From positions 192,001-256,000 of the forward strand of contig OZ241744.1 of assembly GCA_965200965.1 (NCBI GenBank): DNA of 64,000 bases. The letters are read 5' to 3'. Origin of the DNA: an uncultured Candidatus Binatia bacterium (GTDB taxonomy: Bacteria; Desulfobacterota; Binatia; Bin18). Position 1 is the stretch's first letter. Each line of letters starts with the position of its first letter. The notes under the pieces are model-generated. The model was not told the origin of the DNA, did no database searches, and was given only the letters and a program-made list of their open reading frames with translations. Both the position numbers and the translations under genes were made by a program. This document shows, one piece after another, positions 7,800 to 17,993 of this stretch.

Positions 7800-10337
7800 A
7801 TGCGTGATGCGGACCTTGCCGTTCCGGCTCCGGCAAGCGACAGCCTTCTTGCCGACTATCAGCCGGCGGGGGGCTACGACGAGCTGTGCGTCGCGCCCCA
7901 ACAGCCGCGCCCCCACTGGCAGTATGTCATGCGGGCGCTCGACAGCCTTGGCCGCCAAGTCCTGCTGGGCCGCGAACAGGAAGTCCGTCGCCGGCTGCAC
8001 GAGGGCGGCGTCACCTATCAGTATGCGGATAGCCGGGGCAGAGGCCGACCGTGGGCGCTTGACCTGATTCCGGTCCTGCTGACCAGCCAGGAGTGGCGCG
8101 TTATTGAGCGCGGCCTGATCCAGCGCGCCGAGTTGTTCAACCTGATCCTGGCTGACCTGTACGGCCGGCAGCGGCTCATCCGGGACGGCCTCCTGCCGCT
8201 GGAGCTGATCTATGACCATCCCGGCTTTTTACGCGCCTGTGTCGGCGTCCGCCCGGCCTCCGAACGCTTTCTGTTTTCCTATGCGGCCGATCTGGTCCGC
8301 ACCGGCGACCGCGGCCCGTGGGTCATCGGCGACCGCAGCCAGGCACCCTCCGGGGCCGGCTACGCCCTGGAGAACCGGTTGACCCTGGCGCGGGTCTTTC
8401 CAAGCCTGTACCGCGACGCCCAGGTGCATCGCCTGGCCCTGTATTTTCGGACCCTGCGCCACTCGCTGGCCAGTCTCATGCCCCGCCCGGAGAAGCCGGG
8501 GCGGACCGTGCTGCTAACGCCCGGGCCGGGCAACGCAGCCTATTTTGAACACGCCTCTGTCGCCCAATACCTCGACTACACCCTGGTGCAGGGCAGCGAC
8601 CTGACCGTCTGGGACAGCCGGGTATGGCTCAAGACTCTGGACGGCTTGCAGCCGGTTGACGTTATCCTGCGTCGGGTTGACGACGCCTGGTGTGACCCAT
8701 TGGAGTTGCGCAAAGACTCGCTGCTGGGCGTGCCCGGCCTCGTCCAGGCCACGCGCACCCGGCAGACCGCGGTGGCCAACCCGCTGGGTGTGGGCCTCCT
8801 GGAAAATCCCGGCCTGCTGGCCTTTTTGCCCGGGCTGTGCCGGGCACTGCTGGGCCAGGACTTGCGGCTGCCGTCGGTGGCGACCTGGTGGTGCGGCGGA
8901 GCGCCGGAATGCCGCTATGTGCTGGACAATCTGGACCGCCTGGTGATTAAACCCACCGGCCCGCATGTCGGCGCTGAAACTGTCTGGGGGGCGCAGCTGT
9001 CCGCGGCCGAGCAGGAAGCGCTGGCCAGCCGCATCCGGGCCAAGCCGCACCGCTATGTCGGCCAGGAGTTGATCGCGGCCTCCACCGCCCCCACGTTTGT
9101 GGAGGGAAAACTGCGCCCACGGCCACTGGCGCTGCGCAGTTTCCTGGTGGCGCGCGACGATGCCTATGTGGTCATGCCGGGCGGGCTGGCGCGGGTAGCC
9201 GCCGGCCCGGACGCCTGGCAGGTGTCGGACCAGAGCCGCGGGCTGAGCAAAGATATCTGGGTCCTGGCCTCAGAGCCCGAGCAGACGCTGAGTCTGCTGC
9301 CGCCGGCCGGCCGCTCGGTCGTCCTCACCCGCAGCGGCGGAGAGATTCCAAGTCGGGTGGCCGATCATCTGTTCTGGCTCGGACGCTATACCGAACGCCT
9401 GGAGGGCAGCGCCCGGGTGTTTCGAGAGATGCTGGTGCGGCTGCTGGACACCGAGGCTGTCCACCACGACCCCCACCTGCCGGGCCTGCTGTCCGCGGTG
9501 ACCCATACGGCCGTGACCTGCCTGCACCTGACGGGCAACGGGGGCAAGCAAGGGCTGGTGGCCGACGAGCCCGAGCTGCTGGCGGTCATCCTGGAGCCGG
9601 CCCGCCCGGGCAGCCTGCGCGCGACCCTCGATGCCCTGTTGCGGGCCGAGCGGACGGTCCGCTACCGGCTGTCCGACGATACGGCCCGGGTGTTGCACAC
9701 GCTGGACCAGGAACTCTCCCCGGGTCTGAGCCTGGAACAGACCGTGCAAAGTCTGTCGCGGGTGATTGATGGGCTGGCCGCCTTTACCGGGATGGTGGCC
9801 GAAAACATGACCCGGGGCCAAGGCTTTCGCTTCCTGGAGATGGGCCGGCGGCTGGAACGCGCCCTGCACACTATCAGCCTGCTGCGGGTGGCCTGCGAGA
9901 TGGCCCCCGGCGGCCAGAGCCGGCTGTGGGAGGTGGTGCTGAGCATGACCGACAGCCGGCGGACCTATCGCCGGCGCTACGCCAGCCAGGTAGACGCCCG
10001 GGCCGTGCTTGACCTGTTGTTGCACGATGAGAGCAACCCCCGCTCGCTCGGCTATCAGTTGGGCCGCCTCCAGGAGCACGCCGATGGATTGCCCCGAAAG
10101 GCCAGCCTGCCCCACCGTAGCCCGGCCCAGCGCCTCGCCCTGCAAGCCCTGACCGAGTTGCGCACAACAGATGTCGAAGGGCTGTCCGAGGCGGTGTGGC
10201 CCGGGACGGTGTATGAAAAGCTGGCCGGGCTGTTTGGCCGGCTGGGAGGCCGGCTGCTGACCCTGTCCGACGCCCTGAGCCAGACCTACTTCAGCCACAT
10301 TGAGAGCCAGCAGCAATTGACCGCACACCAGGCATGA
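7800..10337 (+). CDS. Circularly permuted type 2 ATP-grasp protein fused to an alpha-E domain
   Basis: QAPSGAGYALENR, VDVILRRVDD..CDPLELR.DSLLGVPGL and VMPGGLARV motifs. C-terminal LFWLGRYTER and GRRLERA alpha-E ER motifs. Confidence 0.92.
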   Translation: MRDADLAVPAPASDSLLADYQPAGGYDELCVAPQQPRPHWQYVMRALDSLGRQVLLGREQEVRRRLHEGGVTYQYADSRGRGRPWALDLIPVLLTSQEWRVIERGLIQRAELFNLILADLYGRQRLIRDGLLPLELIYDHPGFLRACVGVRPASERFLFSYAADLVRTGDRGPWVIGDRSQAPSGAGYALENRLTLARVFPSLYRDAQVHRLALYFRTLRHSLASLMPRPEKPGRTVLLTPGPGNAAYFEHASVAQYLDYTLVQGSDLTVWDSRVWLKTLDGLQPVDVILRRVDDAWCDPLELRKDSLLGVPGLVQATRTRQTAVANPLGVGLLENPGLLAFLPGLCRALLGQDLRLPSVATWWCGGAPECRYVLDNLDRLVIKPTGPHVGAETVWGAQLSAAEQEALASRIRAKPHRYVGQELIAASTAPTFVEGKLRPRPLALRSFLVARDDAYVVMPGGLARVAAGPDAWQVSDQSRGLSKDIWVLASEPEQTLSLLPPAGRSVVLTRSGGEIPSRVADHLFWLGRYTERLEGSARVFREMLVRLLDTEAVHHDPHLPGLLSAVTHTAVTCLHLTGNGGKQGLVADEPELLAVILEPARPGSLRATLDALLRAERTVRYRLSDDTARVLHTLDQELSPGLSLEQTVQSLSRVIDGLAAFTGMVAENMTRGQGFRFLEMGRRLERALHTISLLRVACEMAPGGQSRLWEVVLSMTDSRRTYRRRYASQVDARAVLDLLLHDESNPRSLGYQLGRLQEHADGLPRKASLPHRSPAQRLALQALTELRTTDVEGLSEAVWPGTVYEKLAGLFGRLGGRLLTLSDALSQTYFSHIESQQQLTAHQA

Positions 10338-11218
10338 TCTCCTACACCGTCGTCCATACTACCCGCTACCGCTACAGCCTGCCGGTGCCCCACTGCCAGA
10401 ATGAAGCCCGTCTGCTGCCGCGCTGCTCCGATCGTCAGCAGTGTCAGACCGGCCGGCTCCAGATCACCCCGGCCCCCGCGGTCTACGAAGAGCGCGAGGA
10501 TTTTTTTGGCAACCGGGTGGTGTACTTTGCGGTTCAGGAAGCCCATACCGTGCTGGAGGTCAGCGCGGAGAGCGCGGTGACGCTCAGCCCTGCCGCCCTG
10601 CCGGCCCTGTCGGCCTCCCCGGCCTGGGAGGAGGTCGGCCGCGGCTTGGTCCATGCTCTCGATCCCGAGCGGCTGGCCGCCCGTCAGTTTGTGCTGGACT
10701 CAGCGCTGATCGCCGCCGGCCCGGCTTTTGCCGCCTATGCCGCTCCGTCGTTTCCGTCCGGGCGGCCTGTGCTCGAAGCGGTCCACGAGCTGATGCAGCG
10801 CATCTACCATGAACTGACCTATGACCCGCACTTCACCACCGCGGCCACCCCGGTCCACGAGGTCCTGGCCCACCGCCGGGGGGTGTGTCAGGACTACGCC
10901 CACCTGGCCATTGCGTGTCTCCGCTCCCTGGGTCTGGCGGCCCGCTATGTCAGCGGCTATCTCGAAACCGTAGCCGCGTCCGGCCAGGCCGAATCGGCAT
11001 CCCTGGTCGGGGCCGCGGCCTCCCACGCCTGGGTGTCGGTCTACAGCCCCGGTCAGGGCTGGGTGGATTTTGATCCAACCAACAACCTGCTGCCAACCGA
11101 GCAGCATATTGTCCTGGCCTGGGGCCGGGATTACAGCGATGTGACGCCCCTCAAAGGCGTAGCGTTTGGTGGCGGGACGCACAGCCTGGAGGTGGCGGTT
11201 GAGGCCCGGCGGGCCTAG
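10334..11218 (+). CDS. Transglutaminase family protein
   Basis: GVCQDYAH, ARYVSGY, SHAWV, FDPTNN catalytic triad and GRDYSDVTP; ATGA overlap with the upstream gene. Confidence 0.93.
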   Translation: MISYTVVHTTRYRYSLPVPHCQNEARLLPRCSDRQQCQTGRLQITPAPAVYEEREDFFGNRVVYFAVQEAHTVLEVSAESAVTLSPAALPALSASPAWEEVGRGLVHALDPERLAARQFVLDSALIAAGPAFAAYAAPSFPSGRPVLEAVHELMQRIYHELTYDPHFTTAATPVHEVLAHRRGVCQDYAHLAIACLRSLGLAARYVSGYLETVAASGQAESASLVGAAASHAWVSVYSPGQGWVDFDPTNNLLPTEQHIVLAWGRDYSDVTPLKGVAFGGGTHSLEVAVEARRA

Positions 11219-11422
11219 TTTCTGGTGCCTCGCTCGGGGCTTGGAGCAGGTGAAACTGTCCAGTCCTGCCGGCCCCACAGGGCAGAACCGATGGCCACCA
11301 GGGCCCGTCCCCACCGCCCACCCACGGGCGGGGAAGAGGGACACTGCGACACCCCAGAGAAGGAACCGCCTCACGGGGGCATTCAAGGCCGGGTGGCCGG
11401 GACTGGCAAGCCGCGGGCCGCC

Positions 11423-14400
11423 TTATTCCTCGGATGCACGGACCCCCGTAATCATGAAGTTCTGGCTGGCCTCCTGCCACTCCAGCCGCACCTGCCCGCC
11501 GGGAGACGGAAAATCGGCCACGACCGTCTGACCGCTCGCCCCCCGCACGAACTCGTCGCCGAGGGTGGTGACGGTAAACATGGCCCTGGCAAACTCCACG
11601 CCGTCGGCCAGCACCCGCACGGTGTGGGCACCGTCGCCCAGCAGGTTCCAGTTGAACAGCAGGCCAAAGCCGACATCGGCCCGGCCGTCGCACGAGCCGG
11701 CCCGGGGCACATCGGCCCGGCTCGTGCCGCTGGCCGCCACGAGGCGGTGCTCGCCGTCAAGCTCCACCTCGACCCGCCCGGCCTCGCATACCCAGCCCGA
11801 GATGACGCTGATGCCGCTCTGAAAAGACCTCGGGGCGGGGTTCTCCAACACGCCGGTCGGCCGCTCTTCCGCGGCCGGCGGGGGTGGGAGGTCAGCCGCC
11901 GGAGCAGGAGCCGCGGCGGGGTCGGCAGGAGCCAGCATGAAACTCTGGGAGGCTTCTTGCCACACCAGCCGCAGCGGCTCTTCGCCCGCGGTGGGGAAGT
12001 CGACGAGGGGGGTCGCCCCGCTCGCCCCCCGCACGAACTCGTCGCCGAGGGTGGTAACGGTAAACGTGGCCCTGGCAAACTCCACGCCGTCGGCCAGGGC
12101 GCGCACGGTGTGCTCGCCGTCGCCCAGCAGGTTCCAGTTGAACAGCAGGCCAAAGCCGACATCGGCCCGGCCGTCACACTCGCCGGCCTGGGACACATCG
12201 GCCCGGCCCGTGCCGCTGGCTGCCACGAGGCGGTGCTCGCCGTCAAGCTCCACCTCGACCCGCTCGGCCTCGCATACCCAGCCCGAGATGATGCTGATGC
12301 CGCTCTGAGAAGACCCCGGGGTGGGGTTCTCCAGGTAGCCCAGCCGCAGGACATCAACGCTCAGCACATAGGCCCCGGTCTGGTTCCCCTGGCCGGCCAC
12401 GGCCAGCCGGTAGGTCCCGGCGGCGGCCGGCACAGCGAGGCGGAAGTTGGCACCGGCACCGCTGTTGTCATCGGTGACGGCGGCCAGCCCCGGCCCGGAC
12501 AGGGTGCCGGTCACGTCGGTCTCGCCGGTCGTGCGGACCAGCAGCAGGCCGGCCCGCTCAAGGGTCACTTCATAGAAGTTGATCTGGCCCGGCTGGCTGA
12601 TGTGGCCGCTCACGGGGGTGCCCGGGGTCACGGGGGTGCCCGGCTGGGTGGTACCGCCCGTGCCTCCGCCCGTGCCTCTGGCGGGGTTAGCCGGCCTTGT
12701 ACCGCCCGTGCCTGCGGTGGGGTTAGCCGGCCTCGACGGGCCGGTGGGGTCAGGCTGTAGGCTGGCCACGCCAAAGAAGGAGAACTCGGCGACCTCGGCG
12801 CAGACTTGGCCGGCGGACGCCGTTGAGGGCAGCACGGCCCAGGCCGTGCCGTCAAAGCGCACAAGCCGCAGGTTGGCCGCATTGGTCAGGCTGGACGGTA
12901 TGGGCAGACACACGCGCACGGGCGCGCTCAGCCGGCCGTGGACCGGCCTGTCGTCCACGGTCTGCGGAACGAGATCGACCAGGATGGGTGTGCTCCCGAA
13001 GTCAAGCCGGTCGGTTGTGCTGGTCGCCGCGGCCAGTGCCAGGGTGGCCGTGGGGCGGAGCGCGGGGGCCAAGCTGGCTGGTGCCCGGAAGTAGGTTTCC
13101 TCGACCTTGTTGACAGTCGCGGGTGAGGTCGTGCCCATGACCTGACCGGTGGGGAGGATGGGCGGCAGGGTAGCGGTCGTCTGTCGTTGCACACTGAGGG
13201 TGGCGGTGTTGCCGGAGATGCCGGGCTCTATCGTGATCGTGTCAGCGGTCATGGCTGTCAGGGACCCGGCCAGGGTGTTGCCGGTCCCGGTCGTCGCCGG
13301 GAAATCGGCGTCGCCGGTCCAGCCGCCCTGCCCGAGGACATCGGCCCCTCCGCTGCCGGTGACGATGTTGTTGTGGCCCCTGATTGTGACGGTGCTTGAG
13401 CTGGCCATGCCGCTGGAGCCGCCGAGGAAGACGAGCCCAGAGCGGCCGGCCCCGCTGACGAAATTGTCGTTCAGGGTGGCGGTGACGGTGTTCGAGCTGG
13501 CGGGGCCGGTGGCGGTGCCGAAGCGGGCTATGCCGCCAGACACAGCGATGCCGTAGGAGCTGCCCGACTCCTGCAAGATGGTGTTGCCTGTCAGGGTGGC
13601 GTTGACGCGGTTGTTGTTCCCGTCAAGCAGGCCACCCACCACGCTGATGGCCAGAGGGTCTGTGGACATGTTGTCTTTGATCTCGACGTCCAGTCTGCCG
13701 GACGAGGCCGGGGTGGTGGTGGCTAAGGCCCCCACGCAGCCGAAGTTGGAGCCGCCTATGGCCAGAATGCCGGGGGTGGTAGTGGCCGTGCCATTGCCGG
13801 CCAGGGTGTTGCCGGTGATGTAGGCATCCAGGGAGTTTCCGCCGTCAGCCTGCCGGGTACCGCAGGATTCAGCCACTAGCACGATGCCGCCGCCGGTGTT
13901 GTCGATAATGCGGTTGTTCTGAATAAAGACGTTATCAAAGGGAGGCGAGGTTATACCCCCAATTGAAAATGTAAATGATATGAGCTCACGAAAAAGAGGA
14001 GAAAGACCGTCAAAATTACTGGCGGCCAGGATGCCCGCAGCAGGCATATTGCGGATCGTCAGGCCGGTGAGGAGGGCGGATACAGTGACAGTGCTGCTGA
14101 TGACCAGCCCATTCCCGTCGGCGGGGAGATTACTTCCGTCCAGCGTGATATCGGGCGTCCCGTCGTCATTGAGGTCGCCGTCAAGGGAGATTGTGTTTTC
14201 GCACAGATGTGGTAGTATGTCGGCCACGGTACCAATGTCCGGGCCGTCAAAGCTGAGGGTGAGGGTCTGACCGGCCAAGCTGCGATCAAAGGTGATGGTG
14301 TCCGGCCCAGGTGTCTTGTTGGCCCAGATCAAGGCTTCGCGCAGGGAGAGGGTGGAGGGGAGGGAGGTGGCGGTGATATTGGTCCCGCACGCATCGGTCG

Positions 14401-15072
14401 TGGGGTCAAAGGCGGCGAAGGGTCCCTCGGCCTTGTCCGTGAGCGTGTTGACGGTGAGCCTCGTGGACAGGTAAGGCGCTGATCTTGTGGCCACTTCCGT
14501 TCCTGCAGTCTCGCTGAAGACGAAGACATTGTCCAGCAGCAAGTACCCCAGTCCGCTCGGCACCGTGGGCTGCGCGGACAGGCTGTTGAAGCTGAGGTCC
14601 AGGTACTGCAGGTTGCTGAGGCCGGCGAAGAGGGTGCCGGGCAGGGTGGACAGGCTGTTGAAGCTGAGGTTCAGGTACTGCAGGTTGCTGAGGCCGGCGA
14701 AGAGGGTGCCGGGCAGGGTGGACAGGCTGTTGAAGCTGAGGTCCAGGTACCGCAGGTTGCTGAGGCCGGCGAAGTCGCCCGCTTGCAAGGCAAGTAATCT
14801 GGCTTCCTCAAATCTGGTATAAGATATCTTCAGAGAGAAGAGGGAGGCGAGGTGGGTAGTGGTGACATCACCGCAGGCAGACACGCCGGGGATCAGGGCG
14901 ACAATAGCATCTCGGACCTGCGGGGTCCGGTCGCAGACGGGCGGGTTCGGCAAATGGGACGAACTCACCGCGGCAGACGGGCTGAGCAGCAGGACGCTGA
15001 GGAACAGCAGGCCAGATAGGAGAAAGCGGATACGTTGGGAAACGGGCGGGGGGGGGGGGGGGTAGTATACAT
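11423..15072 (-). CDS. Large secreted multidomain protein (LRRs, beta-helix repeats, PPC-like domain, duplicated C-terminal domain), frameshifted at a G15 tract near the start
   Basis: Main ORF is 11423..14968. Upstream and in frame is a signal peptide, QRIRFLLSGLLFLSVLLLSPSAA. The ATG at 15072 (GGAAGG RBS) is one base out of frame across G15 at 15048-15062. Confidence 0.8.
11444..12340 (-). repeat. Two copies of a ~135-aa C-terminal domain (offset 486 bp)
   Basis: GxLENP...QSGIS.ISGWVCEA...VGFGLLFNWNLLGDG.HTVR.LADGVEFARA.FTVTTLGDEFVRGASG...WQEASQ.FM at about 11930-12340 and 11444-11854. Confidence 0.93.
14576..14774 (-). repeat. About 2.8 near-identical 72-bp tandem repeats encoding 24-aa leucine-rich repeats
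   Basis: Units begin at 14576, 14648 and 14720; peptide FAGLSNLQYLDLSFNSLSTLPGTL. Confidence 0.95.
15048..15062. repeat. G15 homopolymer (C15 on the coding strand) in the first codons of the LRR gene
   Basis: Counted directly. G16 or G13 would put ATG 15072 in frame. Confidence 0.9.
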
Positions 15073-15151
15073 TAGTGCCTTCCCAGAGGAGAGGATTGAT
15101 CCCTGAATAGCAACATAGTTATGGTTTTGCAAGTCCCCGGGGGGAGAAGCG

Positions 15152-15709
15152 ATGAATGCTGCTGTACAGCTGTACCTCATCCGCCACGGCCGGCCGCTGG
15201 CCGGATTTGGCGAAGACCCCGACCCCGGACTCGACGCGCTGGGCCGGCGGCAGGCCGCGGCCGTGGCCAACGATCTGCAAGCACTCGGCCCGCTCCCGCT
15301 TCTGACCAGCCCGCTGCAACGCGCCCGCGATACCGCGGTCCCGTTTGAGCGCATGTGGCAGTGCCAGGCACGCGTTGAGCCGGCGGTGGCCGAACTGCCC
15401 TCGCCCGGCCGGGAGTTGGCCGAGCGGGCGGCCTGGATTCGTCGCGTCCTGCGCGCTCGCTGGAGTGAGCTGCCGGCAGTGCATCAGGACTGGAGAGACC
15501 GCCTGATCGCGTTTCTGGGCGGCCTGCAAACGTCAAGCCTGATCACCACCCATTTTGTCGCCATCAATGCCGCGGTGGGCGCGGCAAGCCACGATGACCG
15601 CCTAGTCTGTTTTGAACCCGATCACTGCTCCTGCACGGTGCTTGAAGCGACCGCCGGCACGCTCTGCCTCGTGCGCCTCGGGCGTGAGCGACAGACCCCT
15701 GTCAACTGA
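15152..15709 (+). CDS. Histidine phosphatase family protein
   Basis: LYLIRHG, TSPLQRARDTA and TTHFVAI motifs. Confidence 0.88.
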   Translation: MNAAVQLYLIRHGRPLAGFGEDPDPGLDALGRRQAAAVANDLQALGPLPLLTSPLQRARDTAVPFERMWQCQARVEPAVAELPSPGRELAERAAWIRRVLRARWSELPAVHQDWRDRLIAFLGGLQTSSLITTHFVAINAAVGAASHDDRLVCFEPDHCSCTVLEATAGTLCLVRLGRERQTPVN

Positions 15710-15800
15710 TCCTTGCCTTCCCTCGCCTTGACGACCCCCTGCGCCGGGTGATTGAAAGGGGGAAGACCGCCTGTCAGAGGTACAACAGGAGAGACGCGCG

Positions 15801-16889
15801 ATGGCCACCCCCCAAGCCGTAGAGATCAGTCCGCTCACCTCGCTGACCGCGGAGACCGCCCCGGTGCTGGCCCAGCACCGCTTTGATGAGGCCGCGCTGA
15901 CCCGCTACATGACCGCGCATATTGAGGGCTTCAGCCCGCCGCTGTCGGTTGGACAGGTGCGGGGCGGGATGTCGAACCCGACCTTCATCCTGACCGATGG
16001 GGCCGACCGGCGCTATGTGCTGCGCAAAAAGCCGCCGGGCACGCTGCTGCCCTCGGCCCACGCGGTCGATCGCGAGTTTCGGATCATCTCGGCCCTGTGG
16101 CAGACCGCGGTACCGGTCGCCAGACCCTATGCGCTGTGCCAGGACCCCTCGGTGCTGGGGGTTGATTTCTACATCATGGGCTTTGTTAAGGGCCGGGTGT
16201 TTCGCGGCTATGCCTTGCCCGAGTTGGAGCCAGACCAGCGGCGGGCGGTGTATGAAACCATGCTCGACACCCTGGCCGCAATCCACCGGGTGGACTTCCG
16301 GGCGCTGGGGCTTGCCGACTATGGCCGGGTCGGCGGCTATATGGGCCGCCAGCTCAGGCGTTGGTCCCAGCAGTACGCGGCCAGTAAAACAGACGAGCTG
16401 CCGGCAATGGAACGGCTCATGGCCTGGCTGCCCGAACATCTGCCGGATGACGATGAGACGACGATCGCCCACGGCGATTTCCGCCTGGAGAACCTGATCT
16501 TTCACCCGACCGAGCCCCGGGTGCTGGCGGTGGTGGACTGGGAACTCAGCACCCTTGGCGCGCCCCTGTCCGACCTGGCCTATACCTGCCTGCCCTATCA
16601 TGTGCCGGACGATATCCGGGGCGATATCACCGGGCTTGATTTTGCCACCTGCGGCATTCCCTCCGAGCAGGAGGCCGTAGCCCGCTACTGCCGGCAGATG
16701 GGCCGCCCACAGATCGAACACTGGAACTTCCATGTGGTGTTTTCGCTCTTCCGGCTGGCGGCCATTGTCCAGGGGGTGTACAAACGGGCACTTGACGGCA
16801 ACGCCAGCTCCCCGGAAGCCATTACCCGGGGCGAAAAATGCAGGCAGTTGGCGACCGCGGCCTGGGCCCTGGTTGAGCGCGGCGTATAA
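15801..16889 (+). CDS. Phosphotransferase (APH family, ACAD10/11-kinase/LvaA-like), paralog 1
   Basis: GGMSNPT, VLRKKPPG.LLPSAHAVDRE, HGDFRLEN and VVDWELSTLG motifs. Confidence 0.92.
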   Translation: MATPQAVEISPLTSLTAETAPVLAQHRFDEAALTRYMTAHIEGFSPPLSVGQVRGGMSNPTFILTDGADRRYVLRKKPPGTLLPSAHAVDREFRIISALWQTAVPVARPYALCQDPSVLGVDFYIMGFVKGRVFRGYALPELEPDQRRAVYETMLDTLAAIHRVDFRALGLADYGRVGGYMGRQLRRWSQQYAASKTDELPAMERLMAWLPEHLPDDDETTIAHGDFRLENLIFHPTEPRVLAVVDWELSTLGAPLSDLAYTCLPYHVPDDIRGDITGLDFATCGIPSEQEAVARYCRQMGRPQIEHWNFHVVFSLFRLAAIVQGVYKRALDGNASSPEAITRGEKCRQLATAAWALVERGV

Positions 16890-16904
16890 GCCAGGGAGAG
16901 ACCC

Positions 16905-17993
16905 ATGAGCGACGCCCTGGCCGAGCCGCTGCCGCTGATCTCGCTGACCACCGATACCGCCCCGGTGCTGGCCCAGCACCGCTTCGACCAGGCCAGCCTT
17001 GAGCGCTACCTGGGCCGTCACTTGGCCGACTTCAGCCCGCCCATGCAGGTCGGCCAGATTCGGGGCGGTATGTCCAACCCGACCTTTGTGCTGCGCGACG
17101 CGGCTGGCCGGCGCCATGTGCTGCGCAAAAAGCCGCCGGGCACGCTGCTGCCCTCAGCCCACGCGGTCGATCGCGAGTTTCGGGTCATCTCCGCCCTGTG
17201 GAACACCGCGGTGCCGGTCGCCAGGCCCTATGTGCTGTGTCAGGACCCGGCGGTGATTGGCACGGATTTCTATCTGATGGATTGTATTGATGGGCGGGTG
17301 TTGCGCGGCTATGCGCTGCGCGACATGGCACCGGCCGAGCGGACCCGGGTCTACGCGGCAATGGTTGAGACCATCGCCAGCCTGCACCAGGTGGATTTTC
17401 GGGCGGTCGGTCTGGAGGACTATGGGCGGGTCGGCGGCTATATGGCCCGCCAGGTTGGCCGCTGGACCAGGCAGTACGCGGCCAGCAAAACCGAAGACAT
17501 CCCTGAGATGGAACGGCTCATGGCCTGGCTGCCCGAGCACCTCCCGGCCGATGACCAGACCACCATTTCCCACGGCGACTTCCGGCTGGAGAACCTGATT
17601 TTTCATCCGACCGAGCCGCGCGTACTGGCGGTGGTGGACTGGGAGCTCAGCACGCTTGGCTCGCCGTTTGCCGACCTGGCCCATAACTGCCTGCCCTACC
17701 ATGTGCCGGATGAGAGCCGGGGCGATATCACCCGGCTTGACTACGCCGACTATGGGATTCCGTCTGAGGCCGACTATGTGGCCCGCTACTGTGTGCTGAC
17801 CGGCCGCGACCGGATTCCGGACTGGCCCTTCTACATTGTGTTTGCCCTGTTCCGTATTGGGGCGATCATCCAGGGGGTGTACAAGCGTGGGCTTGACGGC
17901 AACGCCAGCTCGCCCCAGGCCCTTGGCTACAAAGAGCAATGCCGGCAGATGGCGGTCGCCGCCTGGGAGTTAGTCCGGCGGGGCCTTGAGTAG
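16905..17993 (+). CDS. Phosphotransferase (APH family), paralog 2
   Basis: Same motifs and same length (362 aa) as the preceding gene; tandem duplicate. Confidence 0.92.
   Translation: MSDALAEPLPLISLTTDTAPVLAQHRFDQASLERYLGRHLADFSPPMQVGQIRGGMSNPTFVLRDAAGRRHVLRKKPPGTLLPSAHAVDREFRVISALWNTAVPVARPYVLCQDPAVIGTDFYLMDCIDGRVLRGYALRDMAPAERTRVYAAMVETIASLHQVDFRAVGLEDYGRVGGYMARQVGRWTRQYAASKTEDIPEMERLMAWLPEHLPADDQTTISHGDFRLENLIFHPTEPRVLAVVDWELSTLGSPFADLAHNCLPYHVPDESRGDITRLDYADYGIPSEADYVARYCVLTGRDRIPDWPFYIVFALFRIGAIIQGVYKRGLDGNASSPQALGYKEQCRQMAVAAWELVRRGLE

Noticed and set aside
11444-12340. DGR template/variable repeat pair
   Set aside because: Both copies are in-frame coding domains, no adenine-specific mismatch pattern stood out, and there is no reverse transcriptase in the window.
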